DNA of 64,000 nucleotides from Alphaproteobacteria bacterium (GTDB lineage Bacteria; Pseudomonadota; Alphaproteobacteria; Rhodospirillales; WMHbin7): NCBI GenBank assembly GCA_015232335.1, contig JADFZV010000014.1, positions 253 to 64,252 of the forward strand, read 5' to 3'. Shown piece by piece: positions 57,416 to 64,000 of this stretch (position 1 is its first letter; each line of letters starts with the position of its first letter). The notes under the pieces were generated by a model. It saw only the letters and a program-made list of their open reading frames with translations, ran no database searches and was not told where the DNA came from. The position numbers and the translations under genes were made by a program.

Positions 57416-58540
57416 ATGCCGTCCCTTCCAAGCCTTTTACTTGTTTTTTCCCGCTTCATGTCTCTGTCGGAGTGGGACAGAATCGGCATGTTCGAGCGGG
57501 AAACCGCCCTGTATCGTCGATTGTCCGGGCGGGGAGTCCGCATAGGCTTCCTAACTTATGGCGGTTCCGAGGAATTGAGCTTTGCCTCCCGTCTTCCCGA
57601 CATTTCCATCTATCCCAACCACTTTGGTCTTTCGCCGCGGCGCTACGAGAGGCTGTTGCCTCTATTGCATGCCAAGGCCTTTTGGCAGGCTGATATCGTT
57701 AAAACCAACCAGGTCAGCTCGGTCTACGCCGCCATGCCCGGGGCAAGGCTGTGGCGGCGCCCGCTGATCGCTCGCCAGGGATTCCTTCCCTCCGATTTTG
57801 CGGCACGCCAGCACGGTGCTGGCTCAGTTCAACATCTTCAGGAAGACCAACTGGAACGGCGCCTGTTCGACCGAGCGCACTCTATCACCGTGACCACGCA
57901 GGCCATGGCTGAGGACATCGCGCGGCGCATGCCTAGGCATGAGAGGGTAATTCAAATTGTTCCCAACTATGTCGATACGGATATGTTCGCGCCCAACGCC
58001 GCTGTGCTGCCAGAGTATGATGTGTTATTTGTGGGTCGTCTGACCGAACAGAAGAATATCCCTTCCCTGCTGAAGGCGCTTTCGACCACTCGGGCCAAGG
58101 CCCTGTTGATCGGCAACGGACCTCAGGCCGAACTTGTCAAATCAGCCGTGAGTGAGTCGCAAGGCCGGATCGACTGGCTTCCCACCGTGCCTAATGGTGA
58201 TTTGCCCGCGCTGATGGCGCGATCGCGCCTGTTTGTCCTACCCTCGCTGTGGGAGGGACATCCCAAAACACTGCTCGAAGCGATGGCCTGTGGCATGGCC
58301 GTCATTGGTGCTAAATCGCCGGGCATTCAAAGTGAGATCGAGCATGGTCGCACCGGCTGGCTATGCCCGCCAGAGCCCCTGGCAATGGCTGAGGCAATAA
58401 CGCACCTTCTTGAAAGCGGGGACTTGCGCAATGCCCTGGGGTCGCAAGCCAGGTTACGCATCCTCTCTGACTGCTCTCTCGACCGGGTGGTGGAACTCGA
58501 ATTGGACATCTATCAACAGCTTTTGAAAGCACCCGCATGA
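57416..58540 (+). CDS. Glycosyltransferase family 4
   Basis: IVPNYVDT, VLFVGRLTEQKN, LFVLPSLWEGHPKTLLEAMACGMAVIG. Confidence 0.9.
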   Translation: MPSLPSLLLVFSRFMSLSEWDRIGMFERETALYRRLSGRGVRIGFLTYGGSEELSFASRLPDISIYPNHFGLSPRRYERLLPLLHAKAFWQADIVKTNQVSSVYAAMPGARLWRRPLIARQGFLPSDFAARQHGAGSVQHLQEDQLERRLFDRAHSITVTTQAMAEDIARRMPRHERVIQIVPNYVDTDMFAPNAAVLPEYDVLFVGRLTEQKNIPSLLKALSTTRAKALLIGNGPQAELVKSAVSESQGRIDWLPTVPNGDLPALMARSRLFVLPSLWEGHPKTLLEAMACGMAVIGAKSPGIQSEIEHGRTGWLCPPEPLAMAEAITHLLESGDLRNALGSQARLRILSDCSLDRVVELELDIYQQLLKAPA

Positions 58541-59304
58541 TCCATCCGCTTCGCCTGCTTTATGCCATGGCCAGGATTGCAGGCCGCCGGTTGCCGACAG
58601 AATGGGTTGAAGGGCTGGCCTTGACGACAATCAACGCGAAGGCGGATCGATTAACCCCTGCCCAGGGGCTAAGATTTCTCTTTCGCCTCGATAATAGACT
58701 TTACGAATATCAAAGCCGACTGGCCAAGGACTATGGCCATGGTGATCATCCGAAGCACCGACTGACCAACTATCATGATTTCTTCGTGGCCCATGCGATT
58801 CAAGGCGAGCGCATTCTGGATGTCGGATGCGGCCAAGGCCAATTGGCTTTCGCCCTGGCCTCGCGAGCTGGCGCTGTGGTCACCGGGATCGATTTGTCCC
58901 TGGAGAATATTGAGCGCGCCAAGGCGCTCTTTTCACATCCAAGCCTGACTTTCGTGACCGGGGATGCCTTAACCGCCTTGCCATCCGGCCGTTTTGATGC
59001 CGTCGTATTGTCGAATGTTCTCGAACATTTGCCTCAAAGGCCTGAATTTTTGCGCCGCCTGCTGGCGATGACCGGAGCCAGACGCGTCCTCTTGCGCGTT
59101 CCGATGTTCGAGCGCGATTGGCGGGTGCCTCTGAAGCAGGCACTGGGCATCGAGTGGCGCGCTGATCCAACGCACGAGACTGAACACACGCACCAAGCCT
59201 TCGTCGAGGACCTAGCGGATGCATCCCTCGTAATCGTCCAGGAAGAAATACGCTGGGGCGAGATCTGGGCTGTGGCAGTGCCCTCGGATCAGGCGCCCTC
59301 GTAG
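58537..59304 (+). CDS. Class I SAM-dependent methyltransferase; paralog of 16993..17757
   Basis: PKHRLTNYHDFF, ILDVGCGQG, VTGIDLS, FDAVVLSNVLEHL, RVPMFERDW, DPTH, WGEIWA. Confidence 0.88.
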   Translation: MIHPLRLLYAMARIAGRRLPTEWVEGLALTTINAKADRLTPAQGLRFLFRLDNRLYEYQSRLAKDYGHGDHPKHRLTNYHDFFVAHAIQGERILDVGCGQGQLAFALASRAGAVVTGIDLSLENIERAKALFSHPSLTFVTGDALTALPSGRFDAVVLSNVLEHLPQRPEFLRRLLAMTGARRVLLRVPMFERDWRVPLKQALGIEWRADPTHETEHTHQAFVEDLADASLVIVQEEIRWGEIWAVAVPSDQAPS

Positions 59305-61463
59305 TCTGTTCCCTTGCGGAAGACAAGTTGCAGGTTGGGGGCGAAGAATTCGAACGGAATGCCCAGTCGGGTACATGTCCAGGCCAGTGGCCCCCAGAAA
59401 ATGAGTTTCAGGCCCTTGCGCCAGCGTCCAGCCGTGTGGCGCAGGAAGAAAGGAAAACCATAACCAGCCTCTCGGCTGATATCTTCAGCAACCACCATTC
59501 TGCCTTTTGGCAAACACTCGCTGTAGCTTGCATTGCGCCATCCCGTGCCAGGGCGCATGAATTCTGCGAATGAGACCCCCTTCAGACGCCCCATCACCCT
59601 GGCATAGAGAAAGGCTGGCTCGGGTGAAAGGCGCGCTATCAACGGAATTCCGACACTGTGCGTTTCAAATGGATACCAGCGGTTGGGCGTGTCCAAAAAA
59701 GCGATGATGCCACCGGGCTTAAGCTTGCGCCAAATGGCATCGACATGTCGGTGCCGGTTCTCAAAGGGCAAATGCTCGACGACGGCAAGAACGATGATGA
59801 CGTCGAAGGAGGCGTCGGGATAGGGCAGATCGAGCGTCTGTTCCGAGGTCAGATGGTCGATGCGCGCCACCTTTCCAAGTTTCAGGTCGTAGCGCTTAAG
59901 CTCGACCACATCGACGAAAGCCTTGTCGACGTCATAAGCGAAGATCTCGCCGACGAAAGATTGCGCATTCAGATACTCAGTGATATGACCCGCTTCGCAT
60001 CCAACCTCAAGTATCCGAAGTCCCACGCCCCCCTGACGCGTCAGCCATTCTGAAAGGGGTTTGACATAGGCGATGCGCGACCTATTCAGCGTCAGATATT
60101 TCACCGCCCGCAATGCGCCTTTGCGCGCCACGATCTGCTCGATGACGCCTTTGGAATAAGGCGTTTCATGCGAACTTCCGTTGACTGTCAGGCGCCTGGA
60201 TTTCCCAAAGTCCTCGACCTGCCATTCCGCCAAGGCATCAGACACCGTGGCCTTCGGCCCGCGCATCAATAACATCATCAGCGCTCCCAGTGCCAAGCTG
60301 GCCAGCCACCAATTCTGCCATAGCCCAAAGCTCAGCATACCCTGGGCGGCATACCCTCCCATAAGTGCCGCCCCCGCCATCATGGCCTTGTGATTCGTCT
60401 GTCCGGCAACCCCTCTAGCCAGGCGCCACAAGACGAATACAAAGGCCAGGGTGCCGACAAAACCCAGCTCCAACCAAGACTGTAACGCGCCGTTATGTGG
60501 ATGGAGAGGCATGTATTCCACGCCCACAAAGCCCGGCACCGGAGTCCGTCCGCCTGGCACATCGCGCGAGGCATCAAGCCCCCATCCTATCAAAGGCTTT
60601 TCATGCCAGCGCTCAAGTGCAAATGACCAGATATGCAGCCGGTGCAAACTGGACCAGCCGATCGAATGCTCCAGACCCTGGAGCCCGCCTCGACGGACCA
60701 GGTAGTTTTCGAAGGCAAAAGGCATCGCCAGGACGCCGACGATGGCTGCGATTCCGAACAGCTTAAGGGCTCGGCCCTCAAACAGAATGACCGCCAGAAT
60801 CAAGGCAATGGCAAGAACGAAACCCAGAACGGGGGTCGAGGCGTAACCAAGATGAAGAATCAGGGCCGCAACAAGCAAGAACGAAAGGGCCGTTACTTTG
60901 CCCAGTCGTTCATGGGTTATCAGGGCGATCTGCGGCGAGAAAAGCGCCAGCAGGGAAACGCCGCTGTTGATATATGTGACATAGTCGTTCTTGCCGGGCG
61001 CACGCTCAAGATTCTTCAGCCAGGACATGAAGGCAAGATCGGTCGACAACTCGGCCCCCACCAGGCACAGCAGCAGCAGGCCGCCGACCAGCGCATATCT
61101 TTGCAGATTGCGCAGCATGGATTCGTCAAGTGCATCAATGGTTCGCCACAAGATCAGCGCTGCCGCCAGTACGCCCAAGACGCGTGCCGTCATCAAAACC
61201 GTATAGGCAGAATTGACAGCCCAGGGCGCAGTAGCCAGCGCATACAGCAAGAGCGGCGCAAAGGTCAGCACCGGCCAGCGCAGGCTCCCTTTGACAACCG
61301 CCTTTCGAGCTGATGGATCGAGCAAGACGGCACAGGCGCCAACACCGAGCAACAATGTCATTCCCTTGCTGGCGTAGACGGCGATAAAGGGCATGACCAG
61401 AAGGAGGCCGCGCAAGACCCAATTGGCAATCCGGAATTCTTCCTTCCGCTCAGTCTGTATCAT
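59289..61463 (-). CDS. O-antigen ligase (Wzy_C/WaaL) family protein fused to a C-terminal class I methyltransferase domain
   Basis: About 12 TM segments, RLHIWSFALERWHEKPLIGWGL, LHPHNGALQSWLELGFVG, then ILEVGCEAG, AYDVD, LPYPDASFDVIIVLAVVEHL, LKPGG..DTPNR in one frame. ATG 61463 has GAGG upstream and overlaps the gmd stop. Confidence 0.82.
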   Translation of the reverse strand: MIQTERKEEFRIANWVLRGLLLVMPFIAVYASKGMTLLLGVGACAVLLDPSARKAVVKGSLRWPVLTFAPLLLYALATAPWAVNSAYTVLMTARVLGVLAAALILWRTIDALDESMLRNLQRYALVGGLLLLCLVGAELSTDLAFMSWLKNLERAPGKNDYVTYINSGVSLLALFSPQIALITHERLGKVTALSFLLVAALILHLGYASTPVLGFVLAIALILAVILFEGRALKLFGIAAIVGVLAMPFAFENYLVRRGGLQGLEHSIGWSSLHRLHIWSFALERWHEKPLIGWGLDASRDVPGGRTPVPGFVGVEYMPLHPHNGALQSWLELGFVGTLAFVFVLWRLARGVAGQTNHKAMMAGAALMGGYAAQGMLSFGLWQNWWLASLALGALMMLLMRGPKATVSDALAEWQVEDFGKSRRLTVNGSSHETPYSKGVIEQIVARKGALRAVKYLTLNRSRIAYVKPLSEWLTRQGGVGLRILEVGCEAGHITEYLNAQSFVGEIFAYDVDKAFVDVVELKRYDLKLGKVARIDHLTSEQTLDLPYPDASFDVIIVLAVVEHLPFENRHRHVDAIWRKLKPGGIIAFLDTPNRWYPFETHSVGIPLIARLSPEPAFLYARVMGRLKGVSFAEFMRPGTGWRNASYSECLPKGRMVVAEDISREAGYGFPFFLRHTAGRWRKGLKLIFWGPLAWTCTRLGIPFEFFAPNLQLVFRKGTDYEGA

Positions 61464-62425
61464 TGTGCCTCGAGCTTGGTGGCATCCAGCATCTTGCGCA
61501 CGACGCCTTGCATATGTGTTGAGGCACACCAGCCCAGCTTCTTTTGAGCCTTGGCTGGGTTGCCCCGACTGACATCCAGATCGCTGGGTCGGAAAAGAGC
61601 GCTGTCTATCACGACGAACTGCCGCCAATCCTTTCCGATCTCAGCAAAGGCCTGAGCCACGAAGTCTTCCAGGCTGTTGTCTTCGCCTGTGGCAATCACG
61701 AAATCCTCAGGCGCATCAAGTCGAAGCATTCTCGCCATAGCATCGACGTACTCTGGAGCCCAACCCCAGTCGCGGCGAATGCCCAGTTTGCCCAGAGTCA
61801 GCTTCTCCGAAGACCCTTGCGCAATCCGATGAACCGCATTGATGATTTTGCTTGTCACAAAACGCGTCGGCCTGAGTGGCGACTCATGATTGAATAGAAT
61901 GCCAGAGCAAGCGAACAGCCCATAGGCTTCCCGGTAATTTGCAACCTCCCAGAAGGCCGCCGCCTTGGCGACGGCATAGGGGCTGCGCGGGCGAAACAAG
62001 GTTTGTTCGTCCGCGGCTCCTTCCCCTGTGTTGCCAAAACACTCCGACGAACAGGCATTGTAGAAGCGAATCCCCCCCCCCAGCATGCGCATCGCCTCCA
62101 AGATATTGAGGGTGCCCATGACATTGCTTTCCATCGTTTCGGCAGGCTGTCCAAAGGACAGGCCGACCGAGCTTTGACCGGCGAAGTTATAAATTTCCGA
62201 TGGCCCGACGCGGGTAATGGCCTGGAAAACGCTTCTGAAGTCCGTCGTTGTGGCGGAATGGGTCGTTACCCGCTCAAGAATTCCCAGCGATTTCAGTTTT
62301 GAGAAAGTGGCCAGATCGGCATCCCTGGAGGTGCCATGCACCTCGTATCCCTTGTCAAGCAGGTGGCGGGCCAGATAGGCTCCGTCCTGGCCTGAAATTC
62401 CAAAAATCAACGCCTTGCCAACCAT
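61460..62425 (-). CDS. gmd: GDP-mannose 4,6-dehydratase
   Basis: LIFGISGQDGAYLA, YNFAGQSSVGLSF, SSECFG, RSPYAVAK, ILFNHESPLR..FVTSKI, RDWGWAPEYV, DFVIATG; G10 tract in frame. Confidence 0.87.
   Translation of the reverse strand: MVGKALIFGISGQDGAYLARHLLDKGYEVHGTSRDADLATFSKLKSLGILERVTTHSATTTDFRSVFQAITRVGPSEIYNFAGQSSVGLSFGQPAETMESNVMGTLNILEAMRMLGGGIRFYNACSSECFGNTGEGAADEQTLFRPRSPYAVAKAAAFWEVANYREAYGLFACSGILFNHESPLRPTRFVTSKIINAVHRIAQGSSEKLTLGKLGIRRDWGWAPEYVDAMARMLRLDAPEDFVIATGEDNSLEDFVAQAFAEIGKDWRQFVVIDSALFRPSDLDVSRGNPAKAQKKLGWCASTHMQGVVRKMLDATKLEAQ
62072..62081. repeat. C10 (G10 on coding strand) homopolymer inside gmd
   Basis: gaatCCCCCCCCCCagcat encodes LGGGI; longest G/C run noticed in the window. 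Confidence 0.85.
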
Positions 62426-62495
62426 TCACGGGCTCCTGAGACACCTTTCGAATGTCATACGCCATCTTGTCCAATCCCTCAACCACTGGCTCGCC

Positions 62496-63608
62496 ATGAC
62501 CGGCGCGATCAAGAAACTGGCCCGTTACGGCCTGGCCGGCTTCTGGGGGAGCGCTGATCGGCTGGGTCTTTGGCGTTGCAGCTCCGCCCCGGCCGCCTAT
62601 ATTGTCGAGCGGGGTGCCAGTTGGTCGATTCGCTGGGATGGAAATTATTACGCCCAGGCTGTCAACAGCCTTCATCCGGGGACGCTAGACGTAACCGACC
62701 GGCCGGAACGTCTCGTGAATCGGATTGCCCATTTTGGCTCGCAATTCATTTGGGAATTATGGACCAAATCGATTCATCCTTCGAACCGCCAGCTTGTCAC
62801 TTATTTCCACGGCAGCCCCGAAGACGGGCCAGACATGGCCAGACATGTCGAGTTTTTTCTCAAGAATCTAGGCTCGGTACAGCGCGTTGTAACGGCAGCC
62901 AGCCTGATCGAGCGACGCCTTCTGTCCTGGGGTGTTCCCAGGGACAAACTGGTCCGGATTCCACTGGGTGTCGATACAGGCCTGTTTATCCCCCTCTCGC
63001 CAGAGGAACGCAGGGCCGCCCGGACGGCCTTCGGAGTACCCGAGGACGCGTTATGCATCGGTTCCTTCCAGAAAGACGGGGTCGGCTGGGGCGACGGCAT
63101 GGAACCCAAGCTGATCAAGGGGCCCGATCTGTTCGTTGCGGCGGCGGCGCGACTGGCAAAGCGTTTTCCTGTCTTCGTTCTGTTGACCGGCCCGGCCAGG
63201 GGCTTTGTCAAAGCAGGGCTCGAGCGCCACGGCATTCCCTATCGGCATGTTTTTCTCAGCGACTACACGGCGATCGCCCAGGCCTATCAGGCGCTTGACC
63301 TGTATCTGATGACCTCGCGCGAGGAGGGGGGACCGAAGGCTTTGCTGGAATGTCTGGCCAGCGGGGTGTCCCTGGTTTCCAACCACGTGGGCATGGCAGA
63401 GGATCTTTTTACAGATCCCAAAGATCCGCGGATGGCTGAACCCGGTGATTTCGAAGACTTCTGCCGCAAGGCGGAACGCCAGCTCGAAGACGCGTCCCTG
63501 CGCCAACGCCTGGTTGACGAGGGGCTGGGACAGATTCCCGCCTATGATTGGCGAACCGTGGGGCGGCAGCTTTATGACCTTGTCTACCGCCCGCTGCTGG
63601 AACGCTGA
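62496..63608 (+). CDS. Glycosyltransferase family 4; paralog of 41638..42768
   Basis: RIPLGVD, IGSFQKDGVGWGDGMEPKLIKGPD, YLMTSREEGGPKALLECLASGV. Confidence 0.87.
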   Translation: MTGAIKKLARYGLAGFWGSADRLGLWRCSSAPAAYIVERGASWSIRWDGNYYAQAVNSLHPGTLDVTDRPERLVNRIAHFGSQFIWELWTKSIHPSNRQLVTYFHGSPEDGPDMARHVEFFLKNLGSVQRVVTAASLIERRLLSWGVPRDKLVRIPLGVDTGLFIPLSPEERRAARTAFGVPEDALCIGSFQKDGVGWGDGMEPKLIKGPDLFVAAAARLAKRFPVFVLLTGPARGFVKAGLERHGIPYRHVFLSDYTAIAQAYQALDLYLMTSREEGGPKALLECLASGVSLVSNHVGMAEDLFTDPKDPRMAEPGDFEDFCRKAERQLEDASLRQRLVDEGLGQIPAYDWRTVGRQLYDLVYRPLLER

Positions 63609-63612
63609 GCAT

Positions 63613-64000
63613 ATGCCCCCCCCCGTTCTTTTTCTCTTCAAATCTGGACGCAGGGCCAGATTGGCCGATCAGGGGCCGCGCGAATTCTTCTATGGTTTCA
63701 CGCAAATGGCAGAGTGGGGAATCCATGCTGACATGCTGGAAGAGGAAGACCTGCCAATCCCGGCTTGGCTTTGCAGGCCAGTCGAGCGCCTCTCGACACG
63801 CCTTCTCGATTCCCTGACAGCTCTCAACGCCCAGACCCTGGCCCGCCTCTCATCTGCAATAGCGTTGGACCGGCTGAACCGTGCCAGGGCCATTGTCGCC
63901 ACCACGAATGCCCAGGGCCTGGTCCTGGGAGCCCTTGGCAAGTTCGGCCTTCTGAAATCGCCGGTTTTGTTCCTGCCGATGGGCGTCTGGCCCTTCGAGA
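63613..64000 (+). CDS. Probable glycosyltransferase, 5' part (runs off the window); C9 tract right after ATG
   Basis: Manual translation: MPPPVLFLFKSGRRARLADQGPREFFYGFTQMAEWGIHADMLEEEDL..., open to position 64000; starts 4 nt after the upstream GT stop. Confidence 0.5.
   Translation, partial: MPPPVLFLFKSGRRARLADQGPREFFYGFTQMAEWGIHADMLEEEDLPIPAWLCRPVERLSTRLLDSLTALNAQTLARLSSAIALDRLNRARAIVATTNAQGLVLGALGKFGLLKSPVLFLPMGVWPFE

Noticed and set aside
16009-63641. Long alternative-frame or antisense ORFs (e.g. 16009-16581, 14854-15411, 38911-39492, 43312-43914, 60633-61313, 62570-63298, 63051-63641)
   Set aside because: All fully overlap well-supported CDS and show no domain motifs; typical shadow ORFs of GC-rich coding DNA.
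1-64000. Mobile elements, tRNA/rRNA, CRISPR arrays, defence systems, RiPP precursors
   Set aside because: None recognised. Intergenic gaps are short (at most about 430 nt) and show no direct-repeat arrays or terminal inverted repeats, and the methyltransferases lack DNA-methyltransferase motifs.

Overview
The whole 64 kb window is one dense surface-glycan biosynthesis and modification island of about 56 CDS, probably proteobacterial and tentatively alphaproteobacterial. I saw no rRNA, tRNA, CRISPR array, transposase or integrase. It opens with a pseudaminic-acid operon: pseB, pseC, an inserted cobalamin-dependent radical SAM gene, pseF, a pseG-GNAT fusion, a formyltransferase-like gene, a PIG-L deacetylase and pseI. 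This is followed by an MsbA/PglK-like ABC exporter, many glycosyltransferases, four membrane-anchored SGNH proteins plus a DUF5989-type peptide, and a second, divergent ulosonic-acid module (short NeuB, degenerate cytidylyltransferase, Maf/DUF115-like transferase). Next come a DltA-like adenylation domain / carrier protein / AAC(3)-fold acyltransferase / B12-radical SAM cassette, lipid-linked GT-C machinery, a sugar C-methyltransferase, a DUF4910 protein and an O-antigen-ligase-methyltransferase fusion. The most striking features are: (i) about 15 predicted methylating domains, including five B12-dependent radical SAM enzymes, in a glycan locus; (ii) a stand-alone NRPS-like aminoacylation cassette coupled to a radical SAM gene; (iii) one radical SAM gene frameshifted at a C8 tract, with other G/C tracts currently in frame; (iv) paralogous gene pairs spanning an apparent GC step near 56-57 kb. 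All family calls rest on motif recognition by eye; no database search was run.
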